64,000 nt of DNA from NCBI GenBank assembly GCA_030265395.1, contig JARFYF010000029.1, forward strand, positions 15,954,842 through 16,018,841, read 5' to 3'. Each line of letters opens with the position of its first letter. Within the stretch, counting starts at the first letter, position 1. The notes beneath the pieces are model-generated. The model ran no database searches, was not told the origin of the DNA, and saw nothing but the letters and a program-made list of their open reading frames with translations. Source of the stretch: Rhina ancylostomus. Its lineage: Eukaryota. Made by a program: the position numbers and the translations under genes. Below, one piece after another: positions 27,421 to 39,270 of this stretch.

Positions 27421-28010
27421 TGCTGAGCACTGCATCACCATCTGGTATGGGAACTGTACAGTTCCCATGTATTGGAATATAGCAGCACATTTTGAAAATG
27501 TGCTCAAGTCCCTGCAGAGAATAGTGAGAGCAGCAGAGATTACAGGTGTTGCTTTATCCTCTATTGCAGACATATATATGGACCGGTGTGTCAGAAAGGC
27601 CACAAACATTATGTCTACCCTTCCCACCACCTCTTTGTACCCTTGCCATCCGGAAGGAGGCTCCAGAGCATCTGCGCAAGATCCACCAGACTGTGCAACA
27701 GCTTTTTCCCACAAGCCATTAGAACTATGAACTCCCTCAAAATGCTGCTCCCTATCCCTCCATCCAACACTAAAAGGATATAATGCGTACAAAAATGCAC
27801 CAGTACTTTAAGTGTCTAATGGCTGCTTGGACACCTGCTGCATCAGTATGTTCATTTTAAGCTGCTTTTATTTGAGTTGCTTTTTAATGCTGTTGTCTTT
27901 GTCTTATTTTCCTTAATGTGTCCTGCACCCTGATCTGTGGAGTGCGGTATTCCACTCCTATGCATGCTGAATGTGTATATGGCAGTGACAATAAAATCAA
28001 TTCTGATTCA
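27421..28010 (+). mobile_element. Rex1/Babar LINE C-terminal region and 3-prime UTR
   Basis: CITIWYGNCT...KSLQRIVRAAE...RCVRKATNI...HHLFVPLPSGRRLQSI...RLCNSFFPQAIR; ends AATAAAATCAATTCTGATTC. Confidence 0.88.
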
Positions 28011-29789
28011 GTTTTTGCATCAAATGAAATTTAACATCAATTTCAACCTGTAAGCAGGATCTTAAAACTGCTCTGCTCATGACATTGCTTCCCATTATTT
28101 TTCAGTGTTTCCTAATAATCCAAGGCTTAAATGCCCCACTGCCGCTCCTCCCCCACCCCAAAATTCAGTGCTCAAAAGCTAAGAAGTCAAAATGAAAAAA
28201 AAAGAAATTCATTGATGATATCCATTAAAATAAACTTTAAATAGCGTGTTTTATTATATAACTACTAATCGAGTCACTACAAATTCTTATCTTCCTTCAT
28301 TATAAGCTAATCACTTTTCCTTGAAATTCTACAGCTATGAAAGACGTTGCATTACCATGAAAACACTGCAATTTAGAAACTCTAGAAAATATGATGCCTA
28401 ATTAATCAGCTTTTACAAGGGATCTTGTTACAAATACAAACAACTATGCTGTTCAAGCATTTAAAAATATGGTGATGAGCAGAAGATCAATGCAAACAGC
28501 AGCAGAAAATGACAATGGACTGAAGCAGAGGGATGGATCTCTCCAAATCAGAAAGAAATTTCACTTACCACATTTTTTCTCTCTAATCAGCTGGATACAA
28601 GTGTGGTATTGGTTATACAAACAGTCTCCCTGGTCACTGACTTTGTAAAAGATTGTAGTTGCATTGAAGCACATGAAGACTTTAGTACGTGGTCAGGTGA
28701 AAGCATGAGTTGAGTAATCAAATGATATTTGAGCCCAGCCCCTGCACAATGTAGCCCCTGCCACATTGCTGATGGACATCCAATTCCACAGATTCCTCTG
28801 GTTGCTTGTGTGGAAAAATATACTCCACCAGATATTTACTGGGATAACATAAATTGCAAGCGATATATCAGTCTGATCCAGGAATATTTCCTTCCAACAC
28901 AATTTGATTGTGTGGTCTTAAAAGGTATTGAAAAGGTTCAGGAAAATTTAATCCGAGTTCCACATTTAACATTTCTCTGCTGAAATCATAAATTACAACT
29001 TTTGCTTAAAGGATTGTGATAAATGAGGTTAATATGCAACAAGATATTTGCTGACAGAGCTTATGTAACTGCTGATTTACAAAACACAGTGCTATATTTC
29101 ATAATGCAGAATAACTGGTTGGCACATTCCAAGGTGCAGGAGTACATTCTTGGTGTACTCACAGCAAGGACCTTGTGGGGAAAAAACTGCAGGCTTGAGC
29201 CCTATTGCCACTGGTCAATAAACAGTGCACCTTGTGTAACTGCTCTCAAACATTTCACTAATATTGTCAATAATATTTCATCCTTAAATGCCATGACATA
29301 GTGTAAGCAAATGTATTAATTTGCTTGGTATAATGAATGATGATAATTACATGCCGCCATTGTATTACTATGTATTAAATAAATAAAGCAGATTTTTGGA
29401 AAAAATACTGAATAATCACAAGGGCAGGTTATATCTGCCATGGCTTTGTATTTGTGCTTTTATTTTAAACCAATATATGCCATGTTAACCTGCTAAGAGG
29501 GAGAGGGGGAAAAGAGTCAGCATTTACGAATAATCCACATGGGTAATATACATGCTCATTTTTGCCAGTACATATTTCAGTTACAATAAGTTGGATTATA
29601 CCAAAATGATAAGTTAGGTCCACGTAGAATTTCTGGCTAGCTGCAGTGCCTGTATCAGCATATTCCAACGTTCACTTGTGGATTGTAGTGCAGAAGCACT
29701 GAATGCGCTGGAGTCTGACATCCCACTTTGTTCCTGCACCCAACGCGCACTCCAGGCACTCCCAGCTGACCTCGGATAATAGTCCACAA

Positions 29790-30332
29790 ATATCATCTAC
29801 AAGTTTGCAGATGATACCATCGTAATGGGCCGATTCTGAAATAATGATGAGACGGAGTACGGGAAGGAGATAGACAGCTTTGTGACATGGAGTCATGACA
29901 GCAACCTTTTCCTCAATGTCAGCAAAACAAAGCAGCTGGTCACTGACTTCAGGAAGAGGGGCGGTACACATGCTCTTCTTTACACCAATGGGGTTGAGGC
30001 GGAGAGTTTTAAGTTCCTCGGAGTGAACATCACCAATAGCCTAACCTGGTCCAACCATGGAGACACCATGGCCAAGGAAGCTCACCATCACCTCTAATTC
30101 CTCAGGACGTTAAAGAAATTTGGCATATCCCTTTTGACCACACCAATTTTTCTTGATGCACCATAGAAAACATCCTATCCGATGCATCGCAGCTTTGTAT
30201 GGCAACTGCTCTGCCAGTGACCGCAAGAAACTGCAGAGAGTTGTGGACACAGCTCAGCACATCACAAAAACCAGCCTCCACTCCATGGATTCTGTCTCCA
30301 CTTCTCACTACGTCAGTAAAGCAGACAACATG
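29790..30332 (+). mobile_element. Rex1/Babar LINE RT fragment
   Basis: IYKFADDTIVMG...LFLNVSKTKQLVTDFRK...FKFLGVNITNSLTWS...YGNCSASDRKKLQRVV, with stops; ends at an N-gap. Confidence 0.9.
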
Positions 30333-30345
30333 NNNNNNNNNNNNN

Positions 30346-31040
30346 ACATCCTCTCAATCAGTCTCAGAATCTTGTGTGTTTCAATAATACCAACTCACAT
30401 TCTGCAATCTGCAACCTTTCTTCATACATCAATCCCTTCATCCCAGGAATCCATGTAAGGATAGCCTTCCTAAAATATGGAGTCTAAAATAACTCCAGGT
30501 GTCCTCTCCCCACCCCTCTATAAAGTTGCATCAAAACCTCCCTTTTGTATACTCTATAGGCTTTGCAATAAAGGCCAACATTCCATCAGCCTTCCTAAAT
30601 ACTTGCTGTACTTGTAAGTTCACGTTTTATATACTATGATCCCCAGATCCCTTTGTACTGCAACACTTTGTAGTCTAACTCTATTTAAGTAATTTACTTT
30701 TTCATTCTTCCTTCCCAAGTAGATTAACTAACGTTTTCCTAATTATACACTATCTGCCAACTTCTTGTCCACTCACCTAACTCGTCTATGTCCTTTTACA
30801 GACTCCTAGTGCCCTCATCACAGCTTGTTAACCTATTTGTCCTCACATCACCAGCAAATTTGATGACAATGTGCTTGGTCCATTCATCCAAGTCATTAAC
30901 ATACATTGCAAATGGTTGAGGAACCAACTCTGATCTGTGGCACTGCTCTAGTTACCAATAATCAATACAAAAAACTCATTTATCCTGACCATTTGTTCAG
31001 TAATTAATACCCTGTTCATGCCAATATATTACCCCCAAAC
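30346..31040 (-). mobile_element. CR1 LINE ORF2 fragment
   Basis: TTGCAATAAAGGCCAACATTCCATCAGCCTTCCTAA and CATCACCAGCAAATTTG...CCATTCATCCAAGTCATT, the reverse complement of the CR1 RT KFADD region. Confidence 0.75.
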
Positions 31041-34000
31041 CTTTCATCAGAACCTGCTGAATGCTTGCAACATTTTCTATTTCATATTTCTAGCAGCTGC
31101 AGTTTTTTTGCTTTTTGAGTGCAGTTGAAGCCTGGTTGCAAGAATAAATTCCACCATTCACTCCTGAAGAGATTCTACTGAGGTATCACTGGGGCAGCAA
31201 AGAAAACACTTGAGGTGCATTTTATCTCAGTAATACACAAGGTCGGCACATTCTGTTTCCTGAATATTACTAAGCAGAGCTGCAATATCACTGAGCAGAC
31301 AACCTCCTCTTTCTCAGGAAAAGTATAATATGCTGTGGTATGTTAAGGGAATACACAGCGGTGGTGAAGAAATTAGCACCTTATGATACAACAAAAATGA
31401 ATACTCATTCCTTAATTCAGAAAATCTATCCTTTCAAAAACAACACTTAGTCACCTAGCTTCCACGATGCTGTTTATCATTATGGTGAAACCAATGCTTG
31501 AAGACCTAGGGATCAGTCTGGGGCTAACTTTGATCTGAACCCTATTCATTTGCTGTGGCAAATTAAAAGGAAAGAAACACTACATTTTTCCACAAGACAG
31601 TTCAAAGACACCTGTTCATCGTTAATCGGCTTTTAACCTGCCAATAGCCTCCAATTCTTGTGAACTGTTGAAAGGCATGCGTGCAACTTAAGATCTAATC
31701 ATAAAGAATACATGTTCTCAAAATGTTTCCCTTTTATTTCAAAGAAATGCAAAGCAGAGTTTAACTATCCATACTTTCTTTTCTCTACAAAAATCAAGCT
31801 GCAGTGTGCACACGGTACGCTGTGATTTACACTTTTGCTCCCATGTACAGACTTAATCACACAAAATGCCTTCTTGTCCAATCCCTTTTGTCTTTGATCA
31901 TGGTTACAGAGTTAGAATCTGCACTTTAACCTCAACTTGCAGAAATCCTACAGCACTTTTCCAATGTTCCAGGCAATTAAAAGTGATTTTTCACTCTTTT
32001 CCCTCTCTAATTGAATCAGAAAGTTACTATTCCCTGATCTCCTGCTGATTGCCAACATTTTCGTATTGACAGGTGGCATTGAAAATGCCCCCATTAGCAT
32101 CATGCTTCTCATTTCCCATCTTCACCGTTGTGGTAATGTTGCATGTTAAGGAACTGAAGCTCATTTGGCAGTTGTTTGGAAAGATTCAAAGTATCTGTAG
32201 AGAGTACAATCGATTGCAAGGCATCACACAATTTTTGTTTTGATCTGGCCCCCATCTTTGACAACCCTGCTTTGCTCCTGCCTGACAGCTATCCTTCTCC
32301 ACTCTTTCCTTTCTTTCAGCCCACCATGAAACACTCACACACCTTTCACCTAATCACACAGGAACACATGTATCAGTGCATGATGTAGGATAATGCTTCA
32401 TATTAAATCTGGGCGTAAATGAATACACAATTCCCCTCTATCACGGAATGACAATAAAATGATTTCAGGTCTCAAAATAATAACATTAAAGATTTGACTA
32501 TTGAACTTCAGTTAATTGACTGGAGCTAGATGCTGGAAGACTTTTGTAGACAAAGTGGCTGCCTTTGGAAAATAAGAAGAATATAGCTGTGGGAAAGGGC
32601 AGTGACTTAAGTCAATTGACACATGCCAGTAATAAGGAACTCATTTGAAGTGCAACTCAGACAATGAAGAACGAGGCAAAAATGGTCCACAAATTTCCTA
32701 AACATGACAACCCTTATGTATACCTACCTCCCTGCATTGAGCAAATATTCACTTCTCAATTAATTTAAACAATTAAAAAAACACACATAATTGATTGTTT
32801 TTGAGTGTATAGCACCAGAGTAGAGGATGAGTTACTTTTCAGCTCAAAAATAGGATCACATTAGCTTGTAATCATTTTCTGCACAGTTAATCCACCTCTT
32901 CAAATTGTTTCCAATCCTATTATTAACTGTTTTTGATCCTTTGAAGCAGGTTGTTATTCTATTCATGTATTCCATCATTTCTTATTTCTATTATTTTCTT
33001 TGGTTAATTTTCAGTTCTTACAATGACAAAAAAGACTATCCTAGTGACAGAAGTACATTCTTTTGCATGGAGACATTAGGAGAATGTGAAATTACATAAT
33101 GAACAGAACTGACCAATATGGTGAAATTTTAAATTTATTCTAAAGGAAAGCAACTTGTCTCACCTCAAACCCTCCAAGTGGTGTTATATAAAAGTGTCGA
33201 CAATGCAAGAATTGACACATTTTGTAGGCATTTAGTTTAAAATACCACATGGGACAGAACTCTCCTAATTGTTGATCTTTCAGTCATTCTCAAATTCAAT
33301 TTACATGGACAGGGTATCTTCATTATGAAAGTTGTATGAGACATAATTTTAGATCCTAAGCACTCTTTAGATTCAGAGAGACTGGTACCTCTCTTATTAT
33401 AGTTTTAGATTTATGGGCCCAGAAAAAAAGCATACGAGTTTCTTCCTGGATGAAGGGAGCACACCCGTTCGCCCCTCTCAGACTTGGCATAATCACTTAA
33501 AGCAAACTCATACACAGGAATTTCCCTGAAGCAGAAATACATTAGCAGAGTTTTGCACACTCAAAGTGACTTAGAAATGTGTGCTAAGATAATAGTAATA
33601 TCTCCTCAAATATCAAGTTGNNNNNNNNATAAAAACAGCAACTATTAATTTTTGAGCTAAGGTAACATCCATCTGTAAATATGCAAAACCAATCAATTCC
33701 TGCAGCATGAACAAAAACTGCTGTCAAAGCTGCAAACCCAAAATTGAATGGCTCCTATCAGATAAACTTTAAAATGTATTTTAGCTAAATAATGAAACAA
33801 AATTCTATCCCTCAAAGCAGAACTGAAGGTTCACCATCCTAAGCCATAAATAGAAACTTTTACTTCTTAGACAATAATTCAATCTCCCAGATTAAAAGAA
33901 AACAAATGCTAAAAAGGAGGAAAAGATTGTCTTATTTTGAGACTGCCCTTACTCTTTCTGATAAAATTAACTCTTTTCCTTAATGAATCGTATTGATTCA

Positions 34001-36744
34001 GTTACAATTACACTAAACTGTAAGGATTGACATTGCTGTATTTTGAGAACAATTTTAAAAAGGTATCAAAGGTGAGTCCTGATGCCCATTTGTTGAAATA
34101 TGAAACTAAATATCTACCTGTAAATGGATCAAATCATGCAAACAAAAGCAAAGACAAAAATTTTCAAACTATTCAGCAATTTGTGGAAGATGAGGTCATT
34201 TTGTACATTAAATCTAAAGGCACAAGAATACTTCAGAACTAATTTATGAGCACAACAAATGGATTCAGTTATACAGGAACTTTACATTTTAGTTCCTATA
34301 TTTTTACTAAAAGTTATTTATTTCAGCACACATACAAGAAAATCACCCTCTCATTACTAACAGCTTCTGAATTCATTAGCTTTTTTCTGCCAATACCATT
34401 ACTTGAAATTGAGAATATTTCCATTTAAAATTATCCTATCTTCAAGAGCACCCCCTAGTGATAGCATTGAACTACTTCAGCAGTATCCAACTTTGCAATG
34501 GAAAATAATTCAAATCAAAAAGGTTTATAGCAGAATTGCGACTGTTATTTTGATCATTCCTTCTGCTATTTGACTGGCATCGCAGATACAGAGTGGCTTT
34601 TGTGCACACTGGAAAATCTCCAGTCTTTGCCTTTAACGCTACAACAAAAAGCTCTTGTGCCCGCATAAGATTGGGTTAAATATATAAGCCACATAACCTG
34701 TATACTTGGAGGACTGATATGTCAGGTGGATAAATCTGAAAAGACAATAGATGAGCTACGTCGTAAACTGTAAAAAGATTCCATTGGGAGTTTCAACTTG
34801 AATCATTTTGCTCACCCGCTTACGTTTATGAGAGGGCACCTTTAATGTAAAAAAACCTCTCATATTTCAGAGAAAAATGCATAAATAGCTATAATAGGAG
34901 GAAACAGCTGAGGAGATTCATGTGAATCATAAACACTGCCAAAGAACAGCTGGGCTGAATGGTCTGTGCCAGTATTGGAAATATGTTGTATGAAAGCTGC
35001 CTCATGCTGGCATATTATGTCAACAAGAAGCAGCATGAAAATAAAACCACAGGCTTATCAGGATGAAAGCTGGGAGAGTCTGGAATTGATATTAAGGGAC
35101 AAAAGGAGAACATTTCTGGAGTTAATTTCAGAAAGCTGGATCAGGATCACACAGGGGTGTAAACTGTACTGTACGAGTTTGGGAATTTTAACTGGGGCAG
35201 GGACAGGGGTTCTGTAAATGACTTAAGTTTATAAGAACTGTCTGTGCAATGTTCAACTGGCTGGCTGACATACAGAAATTATAGCAAGATACAGGGATTA
35301 ATAGGTCTAAACAAAAAGTTTGCTATTTGGCTCAATTTCTGCCATCCAAAGGACCACAAATTGGAATGGATAAAATTAATTCCCTCTCTTCCACTGATTG
35401 CTAGGAACATATTTAAGTACTTCTTTTGTGAAAACCCTAATAGGTGTACATTCTTAATACTTTAATAGATACAATACAAGCAAAAATTAAGTATGAAATT
35501 CTAAATTCTTGGTTATCATTTACATCCTGTACAATATAATTAATGCAAGGCAGCAAGCCACATCATCATCTTATTACTAACTCATTCTCAACATTTAGGT
35601 AAATTAATGGGTACGATTAACTTGATACTCAAACCCAGCTCAAATTGGTCAAAATAATCTCAGTGCTTAACCTTTAGCTAAGACAGAACTTAAGCCTATC
35701 ATGTCATCAAGTCACGTGACCCCCCAAAATATTCTTATATTATCTATGCATGTTACAGTCTGAGTGGATTTACATTAAAACCTTACCTCAACCAAGAAAT
35801 AAGTATAAGTAAATGCCTAACCCACAGTAAACAGATCAATGTTGAGGTTCATTCCTTCAACCTAGTCTCAGATAAAGAGGAAAATATTGATGCAGTAGTT
35901 TCCAACTATACTTTCAATGTGCAATTGACCAGTTACTTCTGTTGAAAAGTTTTCAAGCCAATTGTTTCACATACATCAAAATAGAACCATGTCAACTCAC
36001 CTTCAAATTTAAAACTTATTTTTAAAAAGTAGTTTGTGAAATTGCCTCAACAACAAATTGAGAAAGAACCCTTTAATAACATCAGTTTAGTTTAAATCCA
36101 TGCAAGCAATACATCAGCTTATTATGTGGCACTTGGTGACTGCTTTAACATGGTACAGCCACTGCTCACATTGTTAAAGCAGCTGACAGTCTATGTTCAA
36201 ATAATGAGATTTGAAGAAAAGAATTTCTAATTAAGATAAAAAGTAATCACATCATAAAAAAATACAAAATTCCACACAGTACCAATGCTCTTAACTCTCA
36301 GAAAGCTAATTACATAAATCAGGCAAACACAAAAATTCCTGTTAAGTTTGGTGATTGTATTTTGACCACATCTTATAATGGTTCAAGAAAATAGACCAAA
36401 ATGCCCTGAAGTAAGTCAATCCTAAACAAGGAAGAAAGCAAAAGCCTTTAAATTACATGCTCGCCTTTTACAAAGAAACCACTGAGTTTAATATTTTGCA
36501 AAAATTGTGACCACAGTAACATTATGAAATTAGATGTTACCAGACATGCTTACAATTTCCAGCAACATATTCATTTGTTAAAAGGATTATGCAAAAGTAG
36601 TTGCAAAAGTCCATTCCAATTAACTAAATTCAGCATAACATTGTTAGAAGAGACATCAATAGACTTGGTATTTCTTGAAAATTAGATAATTTTGTATTTT
36701 AAGTTAAAAATATTCAATTATCACGACAGAACATGGTAAACAAA

Positions 36745-36965
36745 TCAGACTCAAAAAATAAAGTACTGGAGGAACTCAAAGTCAGGCAGCATTGGTGGAG
36801 GGAAATGGACAGTTAACGTATCGGGTCAAGAACCTTCACATAGATCCAGTTGAAGGGTCTCGACCAAACATTGACTGTCCATTTCCCTCGCTGCCTGACC
36901 TGCCGCGTTCCTCCAACATTTTTTCTTTGCTCCAGAACCAGCATCTGCAGTCTTTTGCATCTCCA
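36745..36965. mobile_element. Fold-back (inverted) Penelope-like terminal-repeat element
   Basis: Left arm 36767-36838 (TGGAGGAAC...GTCAGGCAGC...GAGGGAAATGGACAGTTAACGTATCGGGTCAAGAACCTTCA) pairs with right arm 36851-36915 (TGAAGGGTCTCGACCAAACATTGACTGTCCATTTCCCTCGCTGCCTGAC...GTTCCTCCA). Confidence 0.8.
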
Positions 36966-38954
36966 ACAAATCAGAATAATCAAGTTCTCAATTACAACTG
37001 ATAATGGCCTTTGGATCTCTCTTCATTGTTGGTAAGTGTATTAAACAATAGCTGTCCAGCTACATCGTCTCTCAACAGTAAGCTAAGAGCAAACACAACT
37101 AGTATTTTTATTTAAAATGTATAATGTGGTAAAATATTCCCTGGCAATTTCCAGGTGCATTACAAAATAAAATCAGACACCAACCCACATAGAGATTAGG
37201 GCCAATAGTCATGCCATTATGCACATGAAACTGGTGGATGACACAAGCAAATGCAAAGTAGAGGTGGTAGAAGAGGCCAAAAATCCAGACACACAGACAA
37301 CGGTCCTTTCTCCACGACTTCCTGTCATTGTGGAGAGTGGAGATCACAGAAATGTGTTTGGGTGTGGATTGTTCTGGCAGATGATCCTTGGGGAAAAAAC
37401 CAAGACGAGTGAGTCAGGGATGGAGGGGACATGAAAGAAACAAAAGATCAAGGCTTGGGATGNNNNNNNNNNNNNNNNNNNNNNNNNNNNNNAATGCATG
37501 GAAATAATTTAAAAATTGAGTTACAAATGTGTGCATTTGTGCTTAGAATTGCAACATTCAAGAGTAAACCATCTTCCATAAACATTGTTCAGTGTTATAC
37601 TTGGACATCAAAATGAGTGTCCATACAATTATATTTTGTATCAGATAGACAAAGCACCAGGGAATAAATTTCTATTGATATTTACATTAAGATTAGAATA
37701 ATGTTCAAAATTATGAAGAAGTTGTTAATTCCCTGCATTTTTGAAGTTAGGAGCAAAACTGTGAATTTTCTTACTTTATTTTAGTAGTAACATCTTCTTT
37801 CATATTTATGACATAAAATATACCTACTTAATGCTCTTTCATGGAACAGATCTAAACAGACCTACTGCAAATTAATTCACCAATTTATTCTCATAAGGCT
37901 GAATTTATGGTAAATCTCTAAATTAAATTTATGCTTATGCAGTATCTTATATTCTAGCAGTTTGCATGGATATCAAATTATAACCCAATCAAACCTGACT
38001 GTAGTCAATTCAACTCTGAGCTCAAGGACCTTTTTTTGAAATCCTACGCCCAATCCAACCCTAACAAAAGTAGATGCATCCCATCAGGCTTGAGTCAAGA
38101 GACTGGCCATACACCAGAAAGCCATTTCAAAAAGATATTTGGAATCTATTGCCTGCTTGCTTGTCACCATAGCTCAAATCAGACCTTGTACTGAATAGCT
38201 TAAGCTCTGAGGTGAAAAACAAATCAGCTCTGATTTTTGTTCCCCATTGCCAACATTTGCTTGGTATCCACAAATGAAATTCTGCTTTCAAACCATTTGA
38301 CATTAGCCATCATTTAATGGTCTTGCTCATTAGTTTGGAACATCATGCCTTTCAGAAACACTGATGAGAATTTGTTTTTGTGAAACTCTTAGAGACGAGC
38401 TAATCATGCTTATTCATGTTAATAATTATACCTATTCATATCAGGTGCTATCTTTTAATTCATAAATTCTTCATCTCGTTTTCTGTCAGCAGTTTTTATA
38501 CTGCTTTGGATTTGGAACTGCACAGTTCAGACATGTTTAACAAACAATTTGGCAATCACTTAATATTAGCTATGGTATGACATCAATCCTGAATGAAATG
38601 AAAATAGGAGAAGGCAGTGAAAACCCATCACTAAATTTTCATATCACTTACAAAAAAAAATGTTCACCAAAGNNNNNNNNNNNNNNNNNNNNNNNNNNNN
38701 NNNNNNNNNNNNNNNNNNNNNNNNNNNNNNNNNNNNNNNNNNNNNNNNNNNNNNNNNNNNNNNNNNNNNNNNNNNNNNNNNNNNNNNNNNNNNNNNNNNN
38801 NNNNNNNNNNNNNNNNNNNNNNNNNNNNNNNNNNNNNNNNNNNNNNNNNNNNNNNNNNNNNNNNNNNNNNNNNNNNNNNNNNNNNNNNNNNNNNNNNNNN
38901 NNNNGGCTCCAAGTCATAAAGTTATGGAATCAATCTCTACTCTAGACACTTAAC

Positions 38955-39270
38955 TTCACAACCAAGAGTTTCCATGCCGCACTATTAGAGGTATAGTTGT
39001 TTGGGTGAAACAATTACCCTCTCAGATGAGATTAAAAGTTTCCTTGGTATCATTTGAAAACAAGCTGGACAGATACCTTTCTTCTCTTGGCCAATATTTA
39101 GACCTCAACCAACATTGCCAAAAGAACTTAAACTGCCATTACCACATTGCTACTGTATTTCTGAGACCTTGCTGTTCAATTCAAACAAACACACTCTTCC
39201 TGCCTCCTATAAAACATAAGCATAAAGCAATCATATGATCACCTTATGAAACACTGAACAAAATTTAACA
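38955..39270 (+). mobile_element. Degenerate DeuSINE fragment
   Basis: TTGGCCAATATTTAGACCTCAACCAACAT...CATTACCACATTGCT...GACCTTGCTGT Deu-domain blocks. Confidence 0.6.

Noticed and set aside
27172-27792. 206-aa minus-strand ORF as a novel gene
   Set aside because: Chimera of antisense Rex1 3-prime sequence and the inverted Rex1 endonuclease fragment.
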